34,935 bases of DNA from Paecilomyces variotii (taxonomy: Eukaryota). The notes under the pieces are model-generated. The model did not search any database. It was not told where the DNA came from and worked only from the letters and a program-made list of their open reading frames with translations. Where the stretch lies: NCBI GenBank assembly GCA_004022145.1, contig RCNU01000006.1. One strand, written 5' to 3'. A program made the position numbers and the translations under genes. Shown here piece after piece: positions 1 to 13,249 of the stretch (its first letter is position 1; every line of letters begins with the position of its first letter).

Positions 1-663
1 ATTATCTTTTATACTTTTTAGTTTTATTATATTTTATATTTTTTCTATATAAACTTAATATATAGTAGTAGGTTTAATCCTTTTTTTCCTTAAAAGTTTT
101 AATATTTCTTTATCTTTTAAATTAATAATAGCCTTTTTTATTAATATAAATATACTAATTTTATATTTATATCCTTTTTCTAGCTATTTCCCTTTATCTT
201 AAGCCTTAAGTTTTTTTTCCCTTTTTAGTTTTTTAGGATTTTTAATCCTCTTTTTTTTTCTCCTCTTTCTCTATATTTTCCTCTTTTTTATTTAATATTA
301 GATCTATTAATAAGCTCTTACCTAAATCTTTTATTTAGTATTTTTTTTTTCTCTATAATCTCTTTTAAAAGATTATTCTCTTTTATTTTTATTTTAATTT
401 TTTACAGTTTTTTATTAATAGGCTTTTAAAAAATTAGTCCTTCTTTATTAAGGGCTTTTTTTAAGATATCTCTTACTTTTTTAATATTAATTAATTAAAG
501 GCTCTTTTTAGTTAATATTCTTTATCTCCTAATATTATAAAATCTATTAATTTATACTCTTACTAGATATATAGCTACTATTTTCTAATCTCTAATATTA
601 AAAGCTAATTCTCTTATAGCTATTAAGATCTAATATAATTATCTAATAATTAATAAGACTTAG

Positions 664-938
664 AGTTAAAAAGAATAAGTTCAGATAAAATTCCTAGATT
701 ATCTAATTATCTTAGAGGGCTAATAATACTCTAGGAGAAAGAGTATTAATATATATAATAGATATAAAATATATATCTACATTTTTTTAGTTAGGGTAAT
801 AGACTTTTATATAGAGCTTAAGAAGTAGTTTCTCTAAGCTACCTAATTTTATTAAAGTAAAATTATTACTAAAGACTTCTTTAAAATAAAATCTTTATTA
901 TATTAAGAACTACTAGTTCTAACTATTATTTTATAATA
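664..938 (-). repeat. Copia 3' LTR
   Basis: Gap-free alignment to 5668-5942 with ~28 differences by my count, all transitions. Preceded on the minus strand by a purine tract (939-948, AAGAAGAAG) in the PPT position. Confidence 0.95.
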
Positions 939-949
939 CTTCTTCTTAG

Positions 950-3900
950 TCTAGACTTACTAAGTTAGCTAATTTTAATTAACTTAAAAATCTTAGAAAG
1001 TCTGCCTTTAGCAGTAGTTTAATAAAACTATCTGCTATTATATCCTATATTCTAATAAACTCTATATTAATCTTATTCCTTTAGTATAGGTTATATATAT
1101 AATAATATGCGATATTAATATATTTTAACCTTTTATAAATATAGGTATCTCTAATTAATAATAGTAATATTTAGTTATTCTTATAGACCTTAATTAAAGA
1201 ATTAATAATAAAAACTTACTTTTCTCTTACTATTAGCTTAAATTCGTTTAGATTAATATAGTGCCTATATTCTAAATCTCTTAAAAAAAGGGCTAACTAC
1301 TAGAACTGCTTTATAGCTTAATATATAGCTATATATTTAGCCTCTATAGTTAAAGTTATAATAGATTTTTACTTCTTATTTAATTAGCTTATTAAATTAT
1401 TAGCTAGAGTAAAAATATTCCCTAAGATTAATATCTAATTAGTCTTATCTATTATATAATTTAAGTTTAAATACCTAATAAGTCGCTAGTCTTAATTTAT
1501 ATTAAACTTAAGACCTAAGTATATAGTTAATTATAAGTATCTTATAAGAGACTTTAATACTTTAAAATGCCTTTTAAATAGATCTAATAAATATTAATTT
1601 AATCTGCCTATTATAAATATAATATCTAGTCTTATTAAGATTATTAAGTAGATTAAGCTATTAATAATTCTCTAATACTTTCTTTAGTTTATTTTTTTAT
1701 TCTAAAAGCTAAATAGTTTTAGGGAGTTATATTTATTTAATAGGATATTAACTAGATATACCTTTTCTTTACTTATTCTATATTATAATAAGAGTTCCTT
1801 AATATAATAAGATTAGTTTATTATTAATATTTAGTTCTACCTATTTTAAATAACTTAAATACTAAAAATTTTCTTTATTTCTTTTAGGTTCTTTATCTTA
1901 TATATTAATCTAAACTCTTATTTAAATTAGTAGATACTCTCTATTTACTTTATATTAATTAAGATATTATTAATATATATTAGGAGTAAAATCTCTTTCT
2001 TTAAGTATTATAATAAGCATAAGTTAGTATTAATCTATATAAAATCTATTTTTTAGAGTATTTTTATATAGATTTAATTCTAATTCCTTATAGCTTGCTT
2101 TAAACTATATAAAGATTAAAGAATTTTTAATACTATTCTTAGTAATATATTTATTTCTAATAGAGATATTATATAAATCTTTTCCTTTAATATTAACTCT
2201 ATAAAGGTATTATTAATATTTATAATATAGTATTTATAATCCTCTATTATAATAATAGCTAGGAATACTTATAATATATTATATTATAAAGTAGGAGTAA
2301 AGATATACTTAAAATTAATACTATATTTCTAAGTAAATCTTTAAATAATAAGGCGTGCCTTAAGCTTCTAAAGGGAACTATCTAAGTTATGCTTTATAGC
2401 TAATATTTAATAGCTAATTATAATATTAGCTCCTAATAATAGTATAACTACTTTAAAAGTTCTATTTATTTAGAGTATATCTATTTTAGTTTTAAATATA
2501 TTCCGCTATAATTTACTTTAACTAAGGTTATTAATTATAGTATAATATAAATTTAAAATTAAAATATACTCTTTTATTATATATATTGCTATTATAGTAT
2601 TTAATGCTTAGTCTATATACTTCTTCTAGTTTATATTAATACTTAGAGGTAAGAGATTTAGTGCAAGCATTGCTTAGTATAATTTCTTAGTATCTTATTT
2701 ATTATCTAGTAACTTAACCTTCTCCCTCTTATACTTTATTATATAGGAGATCTTTATATAAGATATAATTTGTTTATTTAATAGGGATAAGAGATTTATC
2801 TATAAGTCCTTATAATTATTTAGATTATTTAAATAAGAATAATTAGATATTTTCTCTTATTCTATAATTTTATTATAGTAAAAAGCTTCTTTTTCCTTTT
2901 AAAAAAAAACTAGAACTTCTTTATAGCTCTTCTCCTAATTATTAATATTATTCTTCTTTTTGCTTAAAAATATATATATACTTAAAATAATAAGCTAAGT
3001 TATTAATTAACCTTTTAAATTTTTTATTAATACTATATTTAATAATAATCTTTAAAGAATCTTAAAGTCTAAATTTTCTCTTAATTTATCTTTAAAGAAC
3101 TTAGTTTAATAGGTCTTAATAATTTTTTTTATATCTAGAGCCTAAACTTTCTACTATTTATTTATTCTCTTAATATATTTTATAAAAATATAGATCCTGC
3201 CTTAATCTATTAATTTATCTCTTTATATACCTTATAATAGAGATTTTAAGTTTATATATAATATTACTTAATATCTCTACACTTTTAGATAGTTAATTAA
3301 TAGCTTAACTTTAATAAAAGCTTTCTCTAGAGATATTTAAACCCTATTAATTATTAGTCTATTTAATACTCTATTTTTAATATATATATTAGTTTAAGCT
3401 ACCTTTACCTATAATTTAACTAGTAGGTTTAAATCTTTAAGTATAGCTCTTATTCCTTTCTTAATAGTCTAATATACCTATTCTATAGCTTTATTTTATA
3501 TTAATATATATAGAACTATTAATTTATAATAGATATTAAACTATTTTCTCTAGGTCTTAAAAAGATTCTTAAGTTCTAGTATATTATTTAATTATATACT
3601 AAGAATTTAAAGACCTATTACTGTCTTAATCTCTCTTTTCTATTTATTTAAAATAGGGGCAGTATTAGATTTGGCTCTTATTAGAAATACCTATATTTTT
3701 TTTAAAAAATTATCTATAATTATTAAGAAATAAATATATCTATTCTTAGACTTTAGTATTTAACCGCATATATCTATATAGATAAATTTAAGGATATTAG
3801 CCTTTTATATACTAATAGTCTCTCTCTTATTTCTAATATTAGCTATAATATATATTATATACTAGTAGTCTATTACTACTTTAATAGGCTTTTTTAATAT

Positions 3901-5640
3901 AGTTAAGTTATGCAAATTTTTAACTTTTTTAGGTTTAAGATAGTTAATTCTCTTATACTATAGCTAATACTTCTCTTAAATTTTATTTTAATAAAATCCT
4001 TCTTTTTCTTTAATTTTATTTTAATAAGATCTTTTTTTTTAATCTATAATTATAGCATTAAGAGTATTTTTAGTAAAGATAGATATAATAGGTATATACT
4101 ATAACTTAGGCATTTAATCTAAGAAAACTCTTTTAATAATATAAACTCTATATTTAATAGTATCTTAAATTATAACCTTATCTAACTTATTTAATATAGA
4201 TATTATTTTTTTATTAAAATACCTGTATATATTTAACTACTAACAGAATATCTTAGTTAATAAGAGATTTACCTTAAGGTTTAATATAAGCAATATGTTT
4301 TCTAGGTCTAATATCTTCTTATCCTTATCTCTTAAAATAGCTATCTCTATATATTTTAAATATAGGATCTCTCCGCCTATATAAATATATCTCTATTAAA
4401 TTTAAATTAGTAATCCTCTAAAGTAATAGTTTTTATTAATTATATATAAACTAATATTACTATTTATATATTATTAGAATAAATTCTTACTAATAATATC
4501 TTTTAAAAGGTAAATAATTTTATATAAGACTTAGTTATTAAAAGTAACTGAAGTTAAAGATTTTAGTTAAGATTAGCTCTTCCTAGAGTTTAAGGTTTTT
4601 TCTGCATTATATACCCTATACTTCTTATCCTTTAAACTCTTATTTTTTAAAGATTAAACCTTTTTATAAATTTTATTAATTATTTCTATTACTATCTTAT
4701 CTCAGATAATAAGATTATTAAATATTTACTTAAAAGACTTCTTTCTTTATCTTTAGCTATCTCTTATACTTCTCTAAGCAGTAAATAAAAATAGGCAATC
4801 TTTAATATAATAGTCTTCCTTATAGATATAGTATTTAATAAGAGTTTACCTATTCTTTATTAAGAATATAATAATTAGTTTTACTTAAAATTAAGTCTTT
4901 ATTTCTTCTAGAATAGCTAGAATATTATCTGCCTTTAAATTCTTATATATATTAATTATTGCCCTAATTATAGTATATTCTTTAAGTAGTATTAAAAGCA
5001 GTTATTATATTTTAACCTTAAGCTTAGCTAAAAAAGATATTGCGCTATTAGATATTATAATTCTCTTTTTTATTTATTATAATTAATTCTAAGCATCTAA
5101 GATTATTTATCTAGGAATTATTTAAAAGTGCGTAAATAATTAGATAAGTTAATACTTTTAACTAGGGAGAGTTTTTATATATTTTGTTTATAGAGCCTTC
5201 TATAATATATATATATTATTAGAGTTAATAAATCTATCTTAATTGTCTTTAAATAGATATTTAATAATTTAATATTAAATAGCTATATCGGCCTTATTAA
5301 ACTAATTATTATATAGTTTTTTAATAAACTTAATAGCTCTCTAGTAATCTTTACTAATAAATTATCTTTTTATATAAATAAACTATTTCTTATAATTCTC
5401 CTTTAAAAGGGTAAAAATAAATTTCTCTTTCTTGCTTTTAATATTATCTATTAAAGATATAATAATAATAGATTAATACTCTAACCTTTAATAGGATTTA
5501 ACCCTTATTAAATTTAGTGCCTAATATAGCATTAAAATAGTCTTATTATAGATTCTCTTATATAAGAATAGCTTATTATTACTAGTTTAAACTTAAATAT
5601 TTAGGATAAAGTAATTTTTGCTATATAGCTATTTCTCCTA
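950..5640 (-). pseudogene. Copia gag-pol pseudogene
   Basis: De-RIP minus-strand motifs: integrase 'PY...QNG..ER' (~3480-3515); RT 'LLIYVDDI' (~1964-1987) and 'TRPDIAFA' (~1612-1635); RNase H 'KKQKSIATSTMEAEYIA' (~1327-1378), 'RSKHIDIAYH' (~1103-1131) and 'ADGFTKPL' (~1013-1036). Start and end are approximate. Confidence 0.9.
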
Positions 5641-5652
5641 AATTACTATAAA

Positions 5653-5667
5653 CCTAGGCTTATAACT
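5653..5667 (-). promoter_or_regulatory. Primer-binding site of the Copia element
   Basis: Minus strand AGTTATAAGCCTAGG directly after the 5' LTR is a RIP version of GGTTATG(A/G)GCCCAG, the internal initiator-tRNA-Met fragment PBS of copia-type elements. Confidence 0.75.
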
Positions 5668-5942
5668 AGTTAAAAAGAATAGGTTCAGATAGAATTCTTA
5701 GACTATTTAATTATCTTAAAGGGCTAATAATACTCTAGAAAAAAGAGTATTAGCATATATAATAGATATAAAGTATATATCTATATTTTCTTAGTTAGGG
5801 CAATAGACTTTTATATAGAGCTTAAGAAATAATTTCTCTAAGCTACTTAATTTTATTAAAATAAAATTATTGCTAAAGACTTCCTTAAAGTAAAATCTTT
5901 ATTATACTAGGGACTACTAGTTCTAACTGCTATTTCGTAATA
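5668..5942 (-). repeat. Copia 5' LTR
   Basis: Direct repeat of 664-938. On the minus strand it starts TATTACG (RIP of TGTTACG) and ends ...TTAACT. Confidence 0.95.
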
Positions 5943-6829
5943 CTTAGTTTATAATCTTTTAGCCCTATTTCTTTATAGCTTTATAATAGCCTTTATTAAT
6001 ATATTTATAATTCTTTTTTACTTATATTTTTAATTCTTTTAGCTTATTAATAGCTAATATTTCTTTCTTTTTTATTTCTTTTAATAGCTCTTATTAGTTT
6101 AAAAAATTATAAAAATTATTAGCTATTTTATTATACTTGCTTTAAAAATTTAAAATAATTGCTATTATATTATTTATAAACTAAATCTTTTTTTCTTTAT
6201 TATTAGCCTTACTTATTATCTCTTTTATAAGCTTATAAATTTTGCTAACTATAGTATATATATATATTTTAAATTAAAGAGCTTTATCTTAATAGATAAT
6301 ATTTTATATTTTTAATATATTTTTTTCTATTTTTAATATATATCTTTATAAAATAACTCTTTAAAATAGTTTTTAAATAAAAAGATATATTTAAAAGATA
6401 AGATAAGGTTAAGTTTAATTTAATTTAGTCTTTAATTACTTTTACTATAGTATTATATAATATAAAAAATAAGATTTTTATAATAAGATAAGAATTTTTT
6501 ATTTATTATTTATATTCTTTACCTAATATTTTCTATTTTTAGCTTTATTTATAGACTTTTTTAAGATATTTAAGCTAATATTATATATTTTTTAGTTATC
6601 TCTCTTTTTCTTTTTTCTTAATTATTATTAGATATTTTTAAATCTTTCTCTTTCCCTAAAGAAAATACCCTTATCTTAAATTTATTCTTCTTCTTTTCTT
6701 ATTATAGTATTAGTATTTATTTTATTATTATTCTTCTATTTTTTCTCTTTTTAAACTAACTTCTTATTTAGTATTAAATTTATTTTATTACTAGCTTTTT
6801 ACTTCTCTTTTTTTAAGCTAATATTTTTA

Positions 6830-9800
6830 AAAGGAGGATATTAAAATAATAACTGCATATTTTAATCTAGATAGTATTTAGTCTATATTATCTTTACTAT
6901 TATTTATTTACTAATCTTCTTGCTTAAGTTCTATATTATTATTTACTACTAATATATCTTTTTAATTACCTTATAAATAATAGCCTTTTAAATAATTTCT
7001 ATAGATTAAATCTTAAAAAGCTATACTATTTAACTCTTTAAGCTTATAGAAACCTTTTTAAAGGATTTTTTTAATTTAATATAGTTTAAGCTAGCAATAT
7101 ATTAGTTTAATAAAGTAAAATATCTTAAGCTTTATATTATAAAGTAAAATAAGTTATTTTTTAATTAGTTATTTTTTATAAAGTCGCTTTTTATTATTAA
7201 AGGCTTTTTTATTAGCTTCTTTTATATGCTAAATATAAAGCTATACTTTTTTTATATTTTAATCTCTAAGTTCTATTTACTTTATATAAAGAAAGAGAAA
7301 GTCTTCTATAGTTTTAATTTTATCCTATATTAATATCTTTTAGGTAAGTACTTTTAGTTTAATTAGTAATATTATATTATATCTTATAATTACTCTAAAT
7401 AGTATTAAACTAATAAAGGTCTTAATTATATTCTTATCTGCCTAGATTATAGCTAGCAGATAATTTATCTAATTTATTTTTATTCCTTTTATAAGTTTCT
7501 TAATACTATATATAAAAGACTTATATATAACTTTAATTACTTTATTTATTTATAGGTTATATAATAAGACTTTAATATAGTTAATCTTATACTTTTATAC
7601 TAATATATTAACTATAGCTTTATTCTTTAGTCCTCTATTATTAATAAGAGTTTCTATTATTTTTTAATAATAAATCTAGTCTTCTTATAGGAATTTAATA
7701 GTAGCTTCTAAAATAAGGCTACTAAGCGCTTTATATTTAATCTAGCTAAAGTTATCTTAAAGTATAATAATATAAGTTTTTCCTTTATTAAATAATATAA
7801 TCTTATAGATATTTAAATATAGCTTTAATCTCTTTAATAAAATAAATATTAATTATAAAACTTTTTCTATATATTTTTTATTAGCTTTTTAATATTTATT
7901 ATATATCTTTATTTATCTAGCAATATATTTATATAGGCCTTTTTACTAATATTAATTAGCTACTTTCTTATATATTGCTTTATATTTTTAATATCTATAT
8001 TCTTTATAAAGGGCAGTAAAGATCTCTTTTTACTTTCTTTTATTATTAATAACTATTTAATAAAGCTAATTCTGCTATATTCTCTAGAAAAAGACACTAT
8101 TTTATATTATATACTTTATAGCCTCCTTCTTAAACTTAATATATTATCTCTAGTTTATATTATCTAGTTTTATTATAGTTTATAACTATTTTATAATTAG
8201 TAAAGACTTTTCTAATTAATATAATATAGGTATTAATTAAGAGATACTATTTAATTCTACTTCTTATATATTAATATAATAGATTATATAAAATTATAGG
8301 TTTAAGAATTCTTTTATATTATTATCTTCTGCCTTTTTTAAATCTTATTTTATTATTAGCTTTTAAAATAATTTATCTATAACTAAGTTCTTTTTCCCTA
8401 ATATATAGACGATATTAAAATTAAATAGCTAAATTTAAATAATCTATTAAGTAATTATTAACCTAAAGAGGTTTATAGCTATTTTATTTAATTGCGCAAT
8501 TAGAATTTTTATATCTATCTCTAGTTAAAAGTATATATTATATAGATATATTTAGAATTTATAAAGCGCCTTTAATATTATCTTATACTTTAGTTTTCTT
8601 TTATTATATTGCCTCTCTGCCTATATTTATACTTTACTTTTATATTTAGCTAAATATCTCTTATTAAACTTCTTTTTTTTTAAGTAAGTTATACTCTCTA
8701 TTTACTGCTATTAGTATTAATATTAATAATAATTATATCTCCCTTTCTATAGTTAATTAGCTTAAATATTAATGCTATTATTAGGGCTATTTTTAAGATA
8801 TTTATTACTTTTTATTATTTTAGCCTTTAAAGGAAGTTTTATCTCTTCCTTAGTATTAAGTATATTAACTTAGCCTTAATAATATATTTTTTAATCTATA
8901 TCTAGTAATAGGCTATAATCTCTAGAAATCCTTTTTTTTTTATAAGTTCTAATAAAATAACTATTCTAAGATTTTAATTACTTTAGCTAACTTAAAATAT
9001 CTTCTCTTAGTATTATATATATAGCCTATTATTTTAATTCCTAATACTATAAATTATAATTTCTCTTTAATAATTATTAAATCTATAAGTTTAAGATTAT
9101 ATAATATTTTATTAATATTCTAAATATATTTAAATATAAACCTTTTAATTTCTAATAATATCTCTTCCCCCTTATAATTAGTTTTAAGCCCTTATATTAG
9201 TATATTATCTAAAAATATATTATAGATATTAGGAATATTATCTATTAGTACTCTTATAACCTCTTATATAAACTCTTATATTATATTTATTTATCTTTAG
9301 AATAATTTAGCTTAATAAATTAAACTAATTTTTAATATATAGAAAGCTATTAAATCCTATAATTTCTTAGCTAATTTTAATTAATTATACCTAGAGAATA
9401 AGTTTATAAGTGTTAATACTAGTATTCTACTAAACTCTTCTAAAAACTTATTAGCTAAAGAGGATAAATTAATATCTTATATTATTATTTAATTAACTTC
9501 TATAATTATATTAATTAGCTAATATTTATTATTTTTCTTTTTTATTAGGAATTATAGATTTTAATAGAGTCTTTAACTATATTTAAAGATCTCTATATTT
9601 ATTCTCTTTTTTATTATTTCTTATATTATATTATAGAATACCTTTAGTATTAAGAAGCTTTTTATCTATTATAGTTTATAATCTATAGTCTAAATAATAA
9701 TTAGAGGTATAATTTCTAGGCGTATTTATTTAATCTCTTTAAATATTTAAGTAAGAGCTATTTTTTAGGCGAAAAGTATCTTTATTAATAGTTCTTTCTC

Positions 9801-10419
9801 TTTTAGCTATAGATTATCTCCTATAATAAGATTCTTTAAATAGTTTAATATTAGTCTTATTCCTTTTTTAATATTTAATATCTTTAGCTAAATATATTTA
9901 ATAAATCCTTTATATATTTTTTTTATACTTTTTTAGAGATTCTTATAATAATACTCTCTAATAATTTCTTTTTATTTTAATAGCCCTCCTAAAGCTATTA
10001 TAGGTCTATTTAATATATTTATTAAATAAATCTTTTTATATTTCTTCTTATACTATATATTAATAGAATATTTTATTTTTATAGTAAAAAAGTTATATCT
10101 TTTAAATAGTCTATACTTCTATAATCTTCTAACTTCTTTATTTAATTTAGTAGGTTTAAATATTCCTACCCCTTTATTTTTAATTTCTTTACTTACTTTA
10201 AAGCTAATATTATTTATTAAGTATAGCTTCTATAGGCCTTCTCTATTTTTAGTCTAATATTTATTATTCTTTTCTAACTTTAGTTTAATAACTCTTATAC
10301 CTAGAATAATAGATTATATAATATTTCTTTTCTTAACTTATTTTTTAAGTTATCTATTAAAAATACCTATACTATTACTTAATTCTTCTAGTTTATAAAA
10401 TAAATTATACTTTCTACTA
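6830..10419 (-). pseudogene. pol: Gypsy pol pseudogene (RT-RNaseH-integrase)
   Basis: De-RIP motifs on the minus strand: 'DANLPPLADEFSEEF..VDLFSGYDQL..RDLTAF' (~9345-9480) and 'VFLDD' (~9205-9219) for RT; 'LYGVHFQLETDAKTLIAQLN' (~8485-8545) for RNase H; 'DGGPENK' (~7620-7640) for integrase; 'LVLLHD...RWLGPY' GPY/F (~7080-7155). Many RIP-generated TAA/TAG stops. Confidence 0.9.
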
Positions 10420-10499
10420 TACTAGGGAAAAAAAGTACCTTAGGTTCGGGTTAGGGGTACTAATTTACTATAAAAGAAGAGGTTTAATTATTAATTTTA

Positions 10500-10870
10500 G
10501 ACTTTTTACCTAGGTAAGAATAATTTTATCCCTTATAAGGGAAATAAAATCTTCTTTTACCCAGATAATAAAAACATAAAAAATCTAGAAAATAAAATTT
10601 TTCTTACCTAGGTAATAAGCAATAATAAAAATAGAATTCTTCTTATTTAGGTAATAAATAATAATAAAAATAGAATTTTTCTTACCTAAATAATAAGAGA
10701 TAATAAAAAAAGAATTTTTCTTATCTAGGTAATAAGCAATAATAAAAATAAAATAAATTCTTCTTACCTAGGTAATAAGAGATAATAAAAATAAAATTCT
10801 TTTTACCTGGGTAATAAGAGATAATAGAAAAAAAATTCTTTTTATCTTCTTTTTATTTAGATAATAAAAG
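10500..10870 (+). repeat. Sub-terminal minisatellite, ~9 units of ~39 bp (TTCTTCTTACCTAGGTAATAAGAGATAATAAAAATAGAA)
   Basis: Directly visible tandem units, each with the palindromic core TTACCTAGGTAA (variants TTACCTGGGTAA, TTACCCAGATAA). Confidence 0.9.
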
Positions 10871-11968
10871 ACTAAGAAGATATAATATTAATATAAAGCA
10901 ATTAGAGCGGGAATTCCTAAGATCTTAAAAGATAATAATTTTATTTTAGTAAAATATTAGATAGACTTTTATATAGCTAAAAAGTTGCTAAAGCTTTCTA
11001 ATTAGATATAGTATATTATTATTAAAACCCCTTTATCTCTTATAAGAGAAATAAGTTATAAGTATATTTTCTTGCTAGATAAATAGAATAGAATCTAAAA
11101 GATTAAAAATATATCTTATATTATATTTATAAAAAACTAAAGAATATAAATATAGATAAGACTTAGGCTATCTTACAGATTTTAAATAAAAAGAAGGAGA
11201 TATATAAACTAATTATATATAGAGTAGAAAAATATAGTATTAATAAATTAAAAACTTTTTAAATATTCTTAGTCTGCAATAATTAAAGGTAGTAGAATTT
11301 ACTCTTATATCTATTAGCTCTATTAGATAAGTCTAAGCTTTTTTAATATTAACTACTTCTTTAGGCCTTTAGATAAAAAATTTTTAAGAGGCAAATTAAT
11401 AATAAGATACTTACCTAAATATATAATATAATTCTCCTATTCTCTAATATCTTAATATAAATTAGTATAATATATGTACTATTATTACTACTACCCAAAA
11501 TAGCTTAAAATAAAGAGTTAAAAGGCCCCAGTCTTACTAAAGTAAAATAGGTTTATTAAATTATAAAATAGCTAATAATATTCTATATAGGTATATCTTA
11601 AAAAATTTAGATTATTCTTTCTAGCTGCAAAACTATTTTATAATAAATAGAAGAGATCTATTATATATAATAAGTCTAACCCCTATAAAGCATAAAAAAT
11701 TATTAATTAATACTAATACTCTAAAGACTAAAAAAATATAAATAACTAATATTAATTCTAATAAGTCTATATAGAAAAGTATTTAAGGGCATTTATTAGA
11801 ATTAATTTAAGTCTAATTATAAAGTATCTTATTAGTTTAGTCGGAATCTTATAATAATAATTAATCTATTAACTATTAATATATTATACAGCTGTAATAT
11901 AGCTTTTAATAAGGCCTTTATTAAATATTACTAGAATACTATATATAAGCTATTTATTTTATAAAAAA

Positions 11969-13060
11969 ATGGCAGCAATTATAATATTATCTTTAATTAT
12001 TAATTAATAAACTAGCTATATCTAAGTAAGCTTAGTAAACTATAGATTAGATTAAGTATATCTTTAAGCAATCCCCTTTAGTTAACCTAACTAAAATCCC
12101 TGTTATTACTAAATAGCTTGCAGTAAATTAAAAACTAATAGAGCTTTTAACTAACTAATATTAAATTGCTATATTGTAATAATTCTTAGCTAACTAATCT
12201 TTAAAATTCTCTAATAATATTATTAAATTTTAATAGGCTTATAATATCTATAATAACAATATTTTATTTCTATTATATTATTACAATAGCTCTAGTAATA
12301 ATTTTTACTAACTATAATAATTATAGATAGATATACTACCCTATTAGCTTAACTGCTAATTACGCGATAACTATACTATTAATATTACCTGATAATAATA
12401 GAGATTAATAGGTTGCTCTTACTAAATATATTAAATATAATTCTGAATTTACCGATTATATCTAATATATAGTATATTAAACTATTAAACAAGAAATCCT
12501 GTAAGTCTTATATATTACTAATTGAGACAGTTTTTCTATAAATTAGTTTATTAGTTTATAGCGACATAAAGCATATTATTCTTTATATAATAAATAGTAT
12601 TTAACTATAGTTACCCAGCTATTATTTTAACTTATAACTTTTGCTTATCTAAAAGAGTTATAAATTAAATATATATATACTTGCAATTCCCTTATAAGGG
12701 AAACCCAGCTTAAATGCTATTAATATCTCCTAGTACTAGTATTCCCAGATTAATAATTTAATTAAAATAATCTATCGCGTTAGCGGATTTAAAACTTAAT
12801 AGATTTCCCTTACTAAGTAGGACTATATAACTTAAATACTCCGCGAAGAAGATAATAATACTCTTACTAAGTAATTTACCCCTAAGACTCTATAATTACT
12901 AGATATACTACTATTACTATCTAATAGCCAATATTAATAAATAGCTAAATTTCTCCTTATATAACTAGTTTTAGTAGATCTCTAAGATATCTTATATAAA
13001 ATTAATTACTATAGCATTCTCTATTAGTCGCTTTTTCTTTATATTATATAATAATATAAT
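11969..13060 (+). pseudogene. RIP-degraded intron-containing gene of unknown function
   Basis: Candidate ATG at 11969. Fungal-type introns at ~12501-12546 (GTAAGT..CTAAT..TAG) and ~12670-12733, the latter containing TTCCCTTATAAGGGAA. De-RIP reading is protein-like ('YWYSQIDDSIKTIHRVGGFKTQ..ILREED'). Boundaries and frame are uncertain. Confidence 0.4.
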
Positions 13061-13249
13061 ATAGATATATATATAGGGCAAAAAGCAATTAATAAACCCG
13101 CTATCTATTATCTCCTTTAATTACTCTTTCTATCCGGTAATAGTAAAGATATAAAATATAAGACTCTTAATTTACAAACTAAAGTTATCTAATTTTACTA
13201 GTAATATATGATTAATTTCTGTAACTATATAAAAAATATATTATTGCCT

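Larger units (their letters stand above)
664..5942 (-). mobile_element. Full-length Ty1/Copia LTR retrotransposon (5279 bp), RIP-inactivated
   Basis: Two 275-bp direct repeats (664-938 and 5668-5942), identical 5-bp TSD CTTAG at 659-663 and 5943-5947, PBS and PPT in the expected positions, and internal domain order IN-RT-RH on the minus strand. Confidence 0.95.
1..10419 (-). mobile_element. Ty3/Gypsy LTR-retrotransposon remnant, RIP-degraded, 5'-truncated at ~10419 and interrupted by a Copia element at 664-5942; its 3' part runs off the left edge of the window
   Basis: Minus-strand de-RIP reading gives RT, RNase H and integrase in Gypsy order (see pol feature). No gag or 5' LTR is seen to the right of 10419. 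Assigning 1-658 and 5948-6830 to the same element is inferred from the continuous strand-biased composition on both sides of the Copia TSD. Confidence 0.8.

Noticed and set aside
10447-10457. Interstitial telomere seed GGGTTAGGGG
   Set aside because: It is a single unit and forms part of the terminal hairpin of the large element.
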